DNA of 63,902 nt, filler included, from Octopus bimaculoides (GCF_001194135.2; 7 parts of 7 records of this genome joined end to end with filler, not necessarily neighbours in it); one strand, 5' to 3'; counted from the first letter of the whole stretch, positions 47,462 to 60,813 are shown. Notes: a model not told the origin generated them from the letters alone. Made by a program: numbers and translations.

Positions 47462-47929
47462 CGAAAGTATATATATTTATAATTCTAAAACATGAACAGT
47501 TTCATAACATTGTTTGCAAAATAATAGCTAATCTTTTGCGAAGGATCGTATGTACAGTGAACACATGATTTTTGCTCTGGTAACTTCTGCTCTCTCCCAT
47601 ATTCACGCACGACCAGCTATATGTCGCTATGAGTCTCCCTCTGTTTACACAGTCGCTAGAAGGGGACTTAACTCATGCTCCGATTTGAAAATTGTTAGAA
47701 TTTATGGTTTAAAATTATTTCTAATACAAAAATTCAGGTCTTAGGAAGCAATAAAAAAAATAATAAATGACCGATTCCGGGCATTTTCGACCATGAGGAA
47801 TTCATTGGTGCGACTCCCAGATTACTATCTTGTAAGGTGTGGATTTCTATAGATGCAACACACACACACACACACTCAGAAACTCAGCTATACAATAGGT
47901 ATAGATAATAATAATAATAATTATTATTA

Positions 47930-48232
47930 TCTCTTTTACTTGTTTCAGTCATTTGACTGCTGCCATGCTGGAGCACTGCCTTTAGTTGAGGAAATCGACC
48001 CCAGGACTTATTTTTTGTAAGCCTAGTACTTATTCTATCGGTTACTTTTGCTGAACCGCTAAGTTACGGGGCCGTAAACACACCACCATCGGTTGTCAAG
48101 CGATGTTGGAGGGGGGGGGGACACAGACACACAAACACACACACATATATATATACTTATACATATATACGACGGGCTTCTTTCAGTTTCCGTCTACCAA
48201 ATCCACTCACAAAGTTTTGGTCGGCCTGAGGC
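47930..48232 (-). mobile_element. SINE family A, 5'-truncated
   Basis: Reverse complement, high similarity to the 2408 and 4316 copies. Confidence 0.9.
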
Positions 48233-49012
48233 GTTCGTCTTTTCATTCTGAGTTTAAAATTTCCCTCAGCACCTGAATAATTAAATAATTCTATTATGAT
48301 AGAATCGATACGATTTTGCAAGGAAGTAGCAAAAAATAAATTACTAGGGAACTATTATGAGGTGGGTATACACGTCTGGTGTATAATAGTATTATACAAT
48401 TAAATAGTTGGTTGTGGTCATCTAAAAATAACCTATCGCAGAAATGTATCCTAACACTGAACGCACTCCGTACTACTCGAACGTAGGTACGATACTCAAT
48501 ATTCACTGTTAAACCAACACACGATGAACTAACACGAACTCACGCGTAATCGGTTGGTCCGCCTTCAGTCACGTGGGGTATTCAGGATTCTCCCATAACA
48601 GGAAGTAACAAGTAAATTAGAAAAGGCGATTGGCATTGCGATAATCGTACTTGCAGCTCTCTACTATTTCTTCAATTGAAAGCTCGAAAGTTGGTAGAAT
48701 TCAGTCGCTTACTTTTTGACACGACAGACCAGAAGCTGTATAATATGGCAGCGTATATTATTGTTTGACTAGTATGAAGTACTGAGTTTTACTTAATCGA
48801 CTACACTCTCCACTCATAATGTGTCGCCTTTTGTTTAAGTTCGAAATAGTTATTACGAAGTATTCATCAAGGATTTCCATTAGATATTTATCTTAAACCC
48901 ACATAAATATTTCTGATGATCATGAATTACAGTATTAACTTTTTTTGTTTCGCATTCAATTTCTTAAAGAGAACAGTGTATGACTGCTGAATAATAAATT
49001 AACTTGTTAAAT

Positions 49013-49222
49013 AGGCGAGCTTGCAGAATCGTTCGCACACCGAGCAAAATGCTTAGCGATATTTCGTCCGTCTTTACGTTCTGAGTTCAAATTTCTCTAA
49101 GGTTGACTTTGCCTTTCATCCTTTCGGAGTCAATAAAATAAGTACCAGTTGTACACTGGGGTCGATGTAATAGACTTACATCTCCCTCGAAATTGCTGAC
49201 CTTGTGCCAAAATTTGAAACCA
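49013..49222 (+). mobile_element. SINE family B, tail type 3
   Basis: Tail GAAATTGCTGACCTTGTGCCAAAATTTGAAACCAA. Confidence 0.88.
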
Positions 49223-49844
49223 AGGAATTAACTTGTTGACTAGAGAGGCCCCGGAGATTGATTAGATTTAAGATCCTTTATATTCTTATAAATAAAATCC
49301 TTCATAAATTATATATCGTGTTTAAAGGAATTATTTTCGCTGAACTAAATTAACTTTTGACATAATCAGCCATATCCTGTTGGCTAATTTCTTTCCACTC
49401 AGCAACACTTTCATTGAGGTTAATGACCTCTGAGATGGGTTTGCAATACGTGTTCCCGAGTTTGTTGAATCATTTCCTTTCACTCATTTTTCGTACGTAA
49501 AATTTTCCATCCAAAATCAATAGCTCTGAATGCAATGGTTTACAACGGAATAATTTGCCCTCGGTTCGCTCACCTACTGAAATAACAGATGGTAAACCAA
49601 CGTATCATTTAATAGGTCTGGGACGGTCTTATTTTCTTCGTGACCACGTCAATGTATTTCTGTTGTTGTTGTTTAGCTCCGGTTAGTTTTAATCGACAAA
49701 CCTATGAAATCTGTTGGATATATGAGTGAAATTTGTTCCTAAAATTTTGGACGTGTAATTCTATACAAATATTTGTCAAGTACTATGTATTATATATTCA
49801 TGTTTTCAATCATACGTAGACAAAGATGTAGCTGGGTAGATAGA

Positions 49845-49995
49845 CTCAGGCGTGACTGTGAGATAAGAACTGTGCTTCCCAGCTACATGATTTCAGATTC
49901 AGTCCCATTGCTGGCACCTTGGACCAGTGTCTTCTATAACCAAACCCTTGTTAATGGATTTGGTAGACGGTAACTAGCAGAAGCCTGTCGTATAT
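49845..49995 (+). mobile_element. SINE family A, old 5' half
   Basis: ATTCAGTCCCATTGC..GGATTTGGTAGACGG..GAAGCCTGTCG. Confidence 0.7.
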
Positions 49996-50179
49996 GTATG
50001 CACATATGTTTATGTATGTGTGTATGTGTGCATATATATATACATACATACACACATACACGCGCGCGCGCGTGTTTCTCTTCTATTTTTAATCATTTAA
50101 ATTCTTCCTCCGAAGAAAGGACTGGTTTCTAACAAAGATATAAAATTCCGTCTTTGGAATGTAGATAACGAAAGCAATG

Positions 50180-51655
50180 TGACATTTTAAATCTGTGAAA
50201 AGTCTTGCATAATTTTACTGTTCCACTTACAGACTGATTTTGTAATGTGCAAGTCAGTTGGTTGATTTCTTTTTCTGAAAATCCAAGCTTATCCAAACTG
50301 ACAGCTAGGCATTTTCTTACAAAACCAAGTACTCCAATCCTTATTGGTATATATGTAAATTTGTAAACCGGATATAGAAGCTAGAGGTATAGAAGCAATT
50401 GTTCATAGTTATCCTCTTTCTCTTTGATTTTCAAAGAGATATGAACATCTGTTGAACAGTTGACCTCTATGGCGGTACATACTTTTTCTTGTTTGTCCCA
50501 AACAATATCCGGCTTGTTATGCTTACACTTGACAGATGTCTTTATGAGTATGTCCGACCAATATTCCTTGTGCTATTTGTGTACGTATTCAATAACAGGA
50601 AGATTCTCTATATTTATTCTAGGACAGTCTTTTTTCCGAATGGCATTGCATATTGTTTTTGCAACAACATCATGTCGCATAGGGAGGTAGTACTTTGATA
50701 ACATTTTTGGACAGCTGATTTCCAAAGAAATAAGGCATAACTACAATTTCGGTTGCATCTGGGAATTTCAAGGGTCACTTTTGCTGATTAGGTATTTAGT
50801 AGCAATCACCTGTTTTTGGATTCCAAATGTATTGCCTTCGAAGTGTGATGTGATGTGGTGGTCACGAATCCAAGAGAGGCTTCACTTCATGTGAATGTTA
50901 CTATCTTCTTTAAGTCTTTGGGAAACATATCCATGCACGATCTTTTTTGGTATATTGGGCGTTGCACCTTCAGCTCTTCTTTGAGGTATGCTAGTCCGGA
51001 TGTTTTAAGGTTGTACGGGAGGCCATCAGGAAGAAAGTGCTTCTTGAGGAGCTCACTTCCAATTCGTAAGATATTGTTTTTTTCGCTTTTCAGCACTAAA
51101 TTAATGTATTTATTTTTGCTGCTGTTGTTTAACAAGTGCAGTTTGAGAGAGACTATGCGACATTCGAAGGCTGCCTGCACTGATCCCAAGCCCCTACCTC
51201 TTTTATCTCTTCCTAGGTTGAGCCTGTCGAAGTCACTTTTCCTGTGGAGATATCCAGTTTATGTTAGAATCTTGCGGGTTTTTAATGTCTATGAAGTGGA
51301 TTTCTTCTACAAACTAGTCAAATATCCCAAATGTTGGAATCAGCACTGGTACTGCAAATACATTGTAAGAGGAAAGTTCTGACTGCCATACTTTTCTAAG
51401 TCTGGTGTAATATTCTTGGGTCACTAATTTTATTCACAGTACTTTTATATGATACATTTTCATGAATGCCTAGGTGCTTGTAGCATTCTTTGTGTGGGAC
51501 AGGAGAGATAGTGAGACTATTGATGTACAAGTTTTGTGTTTGGGGAACTGATTTCTCCAGATCGACAATCAACTAAGAACATTTCTTCTGGCCAAGTTTC
51601 ATTCCTATTTCAGCTGAAAATGTTATTAATTCCAGCTGTTTTTTGGCATTGTTAA
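50180..51655 (-). pseudogene. R4/Dong-type LINE: RT C-terminus, zinc-knuckle region and RLE domain; 5'-truncated and decayed
   Basis: Minus strand, across frameshifts: KKCS..CYKHLG; FAVPVLIPTFG..KSDFDRLNLGRDKRGRGLGSV; MRHDVVAK; KHNKPDIV; IGVLG..LQNQSVSGTVKLCK. Confidence 0.85.
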
Positions 51656-51762
51656 TATTTCTAGCATAAATCTTAGCCTAAATTTGGAAATATTGTATGT
51701 ATGTATATACATATATATGTATATATACATGTATGTATATATGTATGTATGTATGTATGTAT

Positions 51763-51924
51763 GTGTGTTTGTCCCCCGCTTCTGCTTGAGAGCCGGTGTT
51801 GGCTTGTTTACGACCCTCATAACTTTGCGATTCGGCAAAAGAACTGGAATCGATTTTTACAAAAAAACTCTTCAAGGTAATGCTACAACATGACCGCAGT
51901 TTTAATGACTGAAAAGATGAAAGA
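51763..51924 (+). mobile_element. SINE family A, old 3' half with deletion
   Basis: TGTTTGTCCCCC..GATTCGGCAAAAGA..ATGACTGAAA. Confidence 0.7.
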
Positions 51925-52413
51925 CACACCCACGCACACACACACGCACATATACACACACACAAACACGCGCGCGCGCCCAATTAGGAAAAAACACACA
52001 CATACACATACATAGACATAATGAGGAGATATGAGCAGGGCGAGTCTGGAAGTGAATTCAGCTATAAATAATAGCATGTGAAGTCTTAGGTAAAATATTT
52101 TTTAAATCCCTTGGATGGAAAAAAATGTCAAGGGTTATCTCGTCGTCATAGTTACAGAAAAAGAGAGTGAATGTCCCGTAGCCTTCGATCTTTTTCCCGT
52201 CTCAAACATTTTTATTTTTTTTTTTGCAACCCATTTCATTGCATGATATTATTTATAGGCGTATCCACCTCTAGGCGCACCCTGAAAATGCACACACACA
52301 CACACACACACACNNNNNNNNNNNNNNNNNNNNNNNNNNNNNNNNNNNNNNNNNNNNTTAATTAATTAANNNNNNNNNNNNNNNNNNNNNNNNNNNNNNN
52401 NNNNNNNNNNNNN

Positions 52414-52810
52414 CACACACTACAACTGACCAACCCCTTTCTCCCCTCCCCATTTTCACACATGCATACGTCAAGATCACCAGCATTCTATCTCTCACAC
52501 ACACAGCCCCTCGTTCTTCGATCACCGTTCTTTCTCCCCCTTTTGTTATCTCCCCCTTTTCTTAGCTCTCCTGTGTAAAAAAAGAATTCTAACTTCTGGT
52601 CAGCCATAGCTATGATTGACTGTTGACCGAACACTATTCAATTTTTTTCCTCCGTGTTTTTCTCCTTGTCTCCGTATTCTTTCTGTTGAAGAGCGTAGCT
52701 CGAAACGTTAAAGACTTTCCGTATTCCCGAGCGTCATACTAATACATCCTTTTGTTGTTTACACCACCTGTCCTCGTCTGTTGTTGTTTTTTCGTACATT
52801 CTCCCATATA
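52414..52810 (+). mobile_element. Family D Penelope-type 3' region/pseudo-LTR with hammerhead remnant (52678-52714)
   Basis: TCTTT-CTGTTGA-A-GAGC GTA GCTC-GAAA-CGT-T-AAAGA; ends in (TA)n; homologous to 16691-16836. Confidence 0.68.
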
Positions 52811-53059
52811 TATATACATGTATACATACACACACATATACATATCTTTATATCAAGCATATATACATTATGTATGTGAACTCGTTTAGCTAAATGCAAC
52901 TAAATCATATCGGGTGGGAGAGACGCAATAATAGGGATAAGTGTAAGACGGACGAGTAGGACGGGTGAGTCTGAATGAAGAAAGTATGAGAGCGTACCCA
53001 GATCCAAGATCTGTGATCATTATAATAGATGTAGAAAAAGCTGTAGTGTGTCTGTGAAT

Positions 53060-53220
53060 GATTTATGCCAGTCATTCAGGTTTCTCTTTTCTAGATTCAG
53101 TTTAGGTTATTTGTGGAGAGCAGCTGCAGTGACACAAATATGAGAACAATATTCTATCATAGACCTATCAGGACCAATACTTGTTTATGGAGGAAGTATG
53201 TTTAATCACTGAAGAGAAGT
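53060..53220 (-). pseudogene. Highly decayed Jockey/CR1-group LINE RT C-terminal fragment
   Basis: Minus strand YKQVL..RSMIEYCSHI resembles the LYK.QVRP.MEYCSH.W motif. Confidence 0.4.
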
Positions 53221-54630
53221 CAGTTGTTGGTATGCGATCTTACTATAGTTTAAGATGTGTTTTCACGAGAAGAGATTCTTGGCAATAGTGAAACCTAAGG
53301 TTTAAGACTATTTTAAGGGGTTTAGATGACTTCAGCTCGTGATTAAGGGGATTTGATGTGGTGATGCCTTTTTGCTAGTCATGCGCAGTGTATGTGTTTT
53401 CTTGGTATTGAATGAAGTAAAATTGTCATAACCGCTTAGGTAGATGCTTTCGATGTCTCACTGCTTAGAATCAGTACATGTTTAATGTGCAACACCTGGG
53501 TTGTGAGGGAATCCATAGTTGGATAACGTTTGTGAGAAGTGAAGAATATTGGCATATTCATAAGTATGAATGTTTTTCCCTCATGGCAGCAAATGGTTAC
53601 TTATTTACATTCGTTGAAGTGGATTGTATTTCACTCACTTTTATTACCAGTCAGTCATCCAGTTAACTATTTAACTAATTAAGTAATTACTTGTTTGATC
53701 AATAGTCTAATCAGCCAATCGGCCAGCTTATCGAAATCCATTTGTCGTAGTGTGCGAACTTATTGAAGAGAAGATATCTCTGAGATATACTTCCCTTAAC
53801 CAAATGCGTCTGGCCAAATTAGATTCCGGTCCTGTTTTTTTTTCTTTTATTATACTGTTCATTCGTTCCATGTTCATGTGTATTCATTAATGTGTTTATT
53901 CTTTTGCGCCTATTGATTAGCCGCCATTTTATGTTTCTTGGTTGGTTGTTTATCTGGCTGAATGTGCTCTTTTGTTATATGTGTGTTTAGCTCTTTGTAT
54001 ATTTTATTGTATTATTTATTTTTAATACTTTTAGATGCAATCCCGTTTGATAAGTATTTTTCTAAAAACCTAATCAAAGAGCTAAGGATTTATAGAAAAT
54101 TTTGAGCGTGTCACGCATTGTAAGTTGCATTATTGTATAAAGTCAAATGATATTTACTAATGTGTAATATTTAAATGTTTTACTCAAGACTGAAATACTT
54201 AAAGGCTTGTATATGGTAGTACTCACTGAATTTATCTGTTAAACAAATCAAAGATTTTTGTTTATGCATTGTTAAATCTGTTTCTTTCGTTGAAAAGTGA
54301 TCGAATTTAGGAGTGTCACGTGTTGCTCTTAGTATTCACGGTGAATGACATTTCCTGGCTGTCATTACTAAGTTGACTTATTTAAAATTTTGCATGTTCA
54401 AGATTAAATGGTTTAATTTATAATTGGCTTTATGTGTTTGTTTTGTATAGGTATCTCTCTATGTGTGTATGTGTGTTTTTGGATAGGGTTCATAAATAGC
54501 TAGTATAATAACATATATTGTTAAGTATCTTCGCCTGTGTAAAGGCTTTCTCCTATTCATCTCTATTGTTTATGTGTGTAGTGTAACATACGTTAAACTG
54601 TGTTGTCTGGGGTCTGATTTTTATTGATGG

Positions 54631-54702
<72 letters not shown>

Positions 54703-54938
54703 TTGTGTGTGTTACTCTTTATTTTGTTACCCTTTTGACAGAATAGGGCAGATGATGGTACGTCATTGTTTTGTTCAGTGACTGCAACAAAAGGGCTTCG
54801 ATAAACTGATTGGTTGGTTGATCAGAAGATTGATCAAACAGGTAATTAACTAATTAGTTAACTGGATGATTGATTGATAATAGAAACAAGTGAAATATAG
54901 ACAGTACGTGCGTTTTCATACGCAGAACAAATGTGCAG

Positions 54939-55046
<108 letters not shown>

Positions 55047-56499
55047 CGTGTGTAAGTTAAAATACATATAATAAATGCACAAGCAAACGGGAAACAGACA
55101 CAAAAGGTCATCAAATTCTAATCAGTTATCAACCAGAGTGTCAAACGCAATTTCGTGCCTTAACGGTAGTATTGTTTCCCCTCTGGTGAGGCTGGAAAAT
55201 GGCGAGCCAACAAACAAGGGACCAAACATGACAGAAAATGAACAAATAAACAAGAAATAAGCAACTATGCAATACAGAAAATGAACATATAAATGTGGAA
55301 TAAAGGTAATTCAAGAGAAGACAATTAGTGGACGGACGAGGGTCAAAGACGAAAACAAACAGGACTAGATGTGGACATTCGAACGAACTGAAATAAATAA
55401 ACAGAATACGACCTTATATATATATTATGAAAATAATAAGATAGGTTTGAAAATGCTCTAAATTTTTATACATATATATTTGAATAAACCAAGTTTATTT
55501 TATTTTTTTAACATAGGAAGTAGATGTTTTCAATATATATCTATATGAAAATGAAAATAGAATAACATGTTTTTCACTCAAATGATTTCCCATAACAGTC
55601 TTACTGTAAGAATGTTAGAGTAAGTTTTCACCAAATGAGTTTTATACAAACATAAAAAAAGAGAAAGAGAATAATATACAACTAAAACGTTTTCGTATAG
55701 AAGAGTTTTTGCATTAAACCAAGTTTCCGTATTTAAAAAATGATTTCCTAAATGAATTTTAGTGCATGTTGTAACCAAAAGAGGTTTGGAAGTAGGAAAA
55801 ATTCACATTTTTTTGACCGGTTTTCGGTGTCGGTCAACCTTCCAAAGTAAAAAGTATGTTTTTTCAATGTGTGTGTGTATGTGTGTGTGCTTCTGTGCGC
55901 ACGTGTGTATGTATCGTACGTACGGGTGTATATGTGTGCGTGTATATGTGTAAGTGTACATAGTGAAGAACACTTCACAAACCAAAGTTAAGATACAAAT
56001 CAAATTGTTTGAACAGCATTACTGCCTTTGGTCATTTAAATGTTTACTGCCTTTGGTCATTTGAATGTTTTTAACTTGCTTTCTTTATGCATTCCAATAT
56101 CTTCATCCTTGTCACGTCTCCATATCGCTGAGCCAGTCATTCTAAAGCTATTTTGTTATTTTGCCTTCTATTTTCCGAAACTCATCACATTTGCAAGTGG
56201 TCTATTCGCAATTTCACTTATCATAGATTGTATTTACCTTAGTTTGTCACTCGCTGCAATATTCTTGCTACCCCGATCATATACTCTTTCCTATTGCAAT
56301 TCGGAAAATGGTTAGATAATTCCAGCTGAATGTTAATGATTTTAATTAAATCTCTTATGGCCGCGTCACTGACAAATTTTTCTGTTTTCTTGCGTCACTA
56401 TGAGCCAAAATGTTTTTACAACTGAATTCCAAACCATACTTATTGAAAAAATACAAAGTCTTCTTCTCATATATGGTAATTCATCTTTAGAAGCAGCAA

Positions 56500-56930
56500 A
56501 CAAAAGACAAACGCCGTCTGCAAATCCTTGACTATTAATCTTGCACCAATTTTCTCTGTGCTTTAAAAATCCTCCTGGGCGTCTGTTATGATTTGCTCAG
56601 GAAATAGATTGAAATGCCTTGGAGATAATGAGCAGCCCCTATGTTTATTTCAAACAATTGCATTGTTGTTCAGAGCAGCATGCGGCCTTTTCTCACAAAG
56701 ATTTCGTACTCTTCCAATTAGAGTCATTTAGATGTTGTATGTCTTCAGGAAATTCCCATGTTAATTCTCTCTTACCTGTCAAATGCTTTTTTTGAAAATC
56801 AACAAATATACCTAGACTGTCTAAAATATGATCTAAAAATGAATTATATTAAAGTACAATTTTCTGAAAAACATGCGGTTGATAGGGAACCATGGTTGGA
56901 AATATATACCCGGTGTGTTTAAGATTATTT
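56500..56930 (-). pseudogene. RTE-clade reverse transcriptase fragment, decayed
   Basis: Across frameshifts: IFVDFQK-AFDR, GCSLSP..FNLF.EQI, GFADG (FADD equivalent). Confidence 0.62.
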
Positions 56931-57920
56931 AAGATAATCGCATAAAGCACCCAAAAATAGAAATAAGATTCGATTCTAACAAACAACATACATATAAATA
57001 ATTCCTTATAACCGAGTTTACCTTTCTAAGGCTGGTCTTGTTCGCCACGTCATTCAAGTTTATATGAAACAAAGCAAATTAATAATAGATCATCGCTACC
57101 AGAAAGAAAATATTTCTGCTAATCATGTAACAAACGTTGTCTTTCCAACGGTCATTTGACAAGACATATCTGGACACAATACCAATGATTTTGTGTTGCA
57201 TTTAGTTGAAAAGAAACTTCTCCATAATAGCTGTGTTAAAAGCTGCAAATAATCAACTTGGCTGAATAAAAACATCTTTACTTTGAGCACATTAAAAAAC
57301 AATGGCCATATTTACCATTGAACTGAAGTTATATATGAATGAATGGATGGATGACTAAAGAACGGAAGTTAGGTAACCACTTTCATTAGCTTACAACTGT
57401 TTCTGCTATAAATAACCATGTACTAGAGCTGAGTGTCAGTGCGACATATTATACCTTCCTTATACATACTTGCATATTTGAAACTATTTAATACTATCAC
57501 TATGGTTAAGGGAAATCATATGTATATGTATATATGTATGTATATGTGTGTGTGTGTGTGCATGCACATGTGTGTGTCCATTTTAAAACAAATGAAATTA
57601 ATAAGTTCTCAGTGCATAATCTAGAAGTATTTATAATAACAGCAGTGAAAGAACTGGGTTTTCACACTTGTTTACTCTGAGTAAAGAAAAACTGTCGTCT
57701 AAAGGTATTTTGATACAAGACTTCGTAACATGAATGAAATGATGGGTCCGTTATTGAGTAACCTTGTTCCAATGTCAACAAAAGGGCTTCCTTGTGTGCA
57801 TTGTATATTATTTATACAATTCCCCCCGTTCTCTAAAATTTTATTTATTTTTTCATCTTACATTTATTTACTTTTTCATCTTACATTTATCTTTCATAGC
57901 TATTACTGTTTTATGATCAA

Positions 57921-58130
57921 GGCTGCGAACGGGTAGAATTGTCAACACGCCGGACAAAATACTTAGCGACATGTCATCTGTTTTTACAATCCGAGTTCAA
58001 ATCCGCCGAAATCGACATTGCCTTTCTTCCTTTCGGAGTAGATGAAATAAGTACCAGTTGAGTACTTGGGTTGGTTTAATCGACTTAGTCCCTTCACAAA
58101 ATTCCAGGTCTTGTGCCTATAGTAAAAAGG
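57921..58130 (+). mobile_element. SINE family B, diverged, tail type 2
   Basis: Colinear with the family B consensus. Confidence 0.82.
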
Positions 58131-58230
58131 TTTAGCTTCATTATAATTGGTATTTTCACTATGAATTCACTATCTCAACTTTCTCATTTTCCATATTACC
58201 TCCTTTGTTTTCAGGTATTTTATCTATATA

Positions 58231-59102
58231 TGTGATCTGATCAATAGGTATCCGGACTGTCACTATAGTAACAAAGCTTAAGCACGCAGAGTAAAGCCGC
58301 TTGGCACAGATTGACCTTGAACTCTGCTGTACAAGCGCGCTAAGTATTAACGTTCTATATCACTTCTGCTGTTTACAGCAGTGCTTGGAAGGAAGGTGTG
58401 TAGCGTGTGATCGTCGCATTAACCATGACAGAGAAAGTTGAGCAGAGAATTTGCGTCAAATTTTGCCAAACGTTTTCAGTTTTCACTGTTTTCGACGCAA
58501 TCAAGGAGATCTTGTGCTACTGAAACCCCAGTGTCTCTTTGTTCAGCTGAAAGCAGTGTTGACACAAACTTGGCATACACGCGTCTCATACCCAAATCGT
58601 CACTGATAATGGACTGGACTGAATTGAACCATAACTGATTTGCACATCATCTGATAACTCGTGGATGCTGATTCGATGATTTCTCCTCATAATGGCACGG
58701 ACATCTGCAATGTTTTTCTCAGTTCTGCTGGTCGCGGGTCTCCCAGAACGTCCGTCAATTTTGACATTTATTCGGCTATTTTGGAAACGTCTGACCCCCC
58801 CCTCATACACTTGTGTGCGGCTCATACACTCATCTCCATACACTTTCTGCAACTCAACTTTGTGTAGGCCTCTTGAGCAGGTATCGCCGTGAAAACTTTC
58901 TCTGTTATGGTCAATGCGACGATGACACGCTACACAGCTTCCTTCCAAGCACTGCTGTAAACAGCGGAAGTGAGCTACAACGTTACAACTTAATGCGCGT
59001 GCACAGATGACTTGACGGTCAATCTTTGCCAAGCGGCTTTGCTCTGCATGCTTTACCTTCGTTACTATGGCAACAGTCCGGATACTTATTGATCAGACTT
59101 CG
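58231..59102. mobile_element. Mariner derivative made of two facing 5' ends (long inverted repeats)
   Basis: TA on both sides; about 210-bp inverted arms. Left arm starts MTEKVEQRICVKF. Minus strand carries the HTH region (GRSGRPATSRT, DDLGMRRVYAKFV). No catalytic domain. Confidence 0.85.
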
Positions 59103-59401
59103 TATTTATAAATATGCATTTTTTAAATCCTTGTTTACAAATTCATCCTCTTTATTTTATAAATTTATTTTTTTCATTTATTCTCTCACAAAAACTCTGT
59201 TGTGTTTCTGTGTGTGCATGTATGTACGAATTCACACACAAACGCACACACACACGTGAATATATATACATTTATATATACATATACATATACATATATA
59301 TNNNNNNNNNNNNNNNNNNNNNNNNNNNNNNNNNNNNNNNNNNNNTTAATTAATTAANNNNNNNNNNNNNNNNNNNNNNNNNNNNNNNNNNNNNNNNNNN
59401 N

Positions 59402-59504
59402 AGGCAAAGGCGACCGCGGTGAAATTTGAATATAGAACGTAGAGACGGACGAAATGCTGCTAAGTAATTGGCTTTTCTAACGATTCTGCCAGTTCGCCGC
59501 CTTA
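59402..59504 (-). mobile_element. SINE family B, 5' part (rest in gap)
   Basis: Reverse complement of the head. Confidence 0.8.
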
Positions 59505-59527
59505 CGCATATTAAATAATCCTTTCTT

Positions 59528-59719
59528 CCTGAAATTGGTGGGGAGGGGACAATTCAATTACGTTGACCCCAGTGCTCAACGGGTATTTATTTTATCGACC
59601 GCGAAAGGAGGAAAGGCAAAGTCAATCTCAGCAGAATTTGAACTCAGAACGTAAAGACGGACAAAATGCTGCTAAGCATTTTGCGGGACGTGCTAAAGAT
59701 TCTGCCAGCTCGCCACCTA
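59528..59719 (-). mobile_element. SINE family B
   Basis: Reverse complement, in tandem with the previous copy. Confidence 0.85.
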
Positions 59720-60149
59720 CAAATGGTTTCGTGTGAGCGTATTATGTACGTGTGTAAGTGTGTGGGGGGGGTTCAAATGTGTATATGAGTGAGTTTATAT
59801 GTCTGTAATTATGAATGTTGATCGGTGTCTGTATGCTATAAATGTTTATACGAATATGTGTCTTCGTGTATGCCTTCGTATGAATATTGGTGCGCGTGTG
59901 TGTGTGTAAGTACGTGTGTGTACGTACGTAAACCATGTGTGTTGGTGGCTTAAAATGTCAACAGTTACAGAACGTAATACATTAATTAAGTACTGAAAGG
60001 TGTGTCACTGGAGAAATAACTGATCACATTGGAGACAGTCTTCCCTTCCAGCAGTATCTTTGCTATTATCATTACATCTACCACAATCATCAACATCATC
60101 ACCATCATCACCATCATCACCACCACCACTGTCANNNNNNNNNNGAATA

Positions 60150-60410
60150 AAATTTGTTGAAAAAATGCCGCAATAATTATGCACCAACCCAATATATATC
60201 CCCACATATTCGCGATTCGGCATTCGTGGTCCCGGTTATTCGCGGAACTAATAATTGTTAGCGGAAACCACCGCATATTCGCGGAATGGTAAATATCGTC
60301 CGCAATTTTTTATGGCTTTTTTTTTCGTGGCAATATATATTTCTTCACACTCTTTAAGGCTAAATCATTAATGACAATATACCGTATTTACCGGCTTACT
60401 GGACGCCCGC
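60150..60410. mobile_element. Tigger/pogo-like terminal remnants
   Basis: Three TATTCGCG motifs and TA|CCGTATTTACCGGCTTA at 60380, which resembles a pogo TIR. Confidence 0.4.
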
Positions 60411-60771
60411 CCCTTTGCAGCTGAAGCTCCCCCTGATTAGAATAGCCGCGCATCACGTCGCTTGATTTCTTTTAGATACAAGTACACTGTATCGTGTATC
60501 TCTTGTTCCTGCTTTCAGTCAAAGTTTGCTAATTAGTATAGCAACATCTATGTGATACACACTCTCCCACTCTCGCTGTATTTGTCCCTCAACAACACTT
60601 GGGCTAGCAATGACAGATCAAAAATATATACAACATGAGACTGAACGGTAATTTTATACCAGCACTTTTTTTAAATCATCGCTACATTTGATCATACACA
60701 TTGTTTATTTCAACAGGATAATTTTTAAGGTCGTGAGCCAATATAGCTTCATTGAAATTGGGCTACTTACT

Positions 60772-60813
<42 letters not shown>

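Noticed and set aside
48292-48600. Possible solo LTR (TATTATG...CATAACA)
   Set aside because: Left terminus is not TG, there is no TSD and no second copy
54030-54330. Possible decayed GIY-YIG domain on the minus strand
   Set aside because: Only scattered residues align, after several assumed frameshifts
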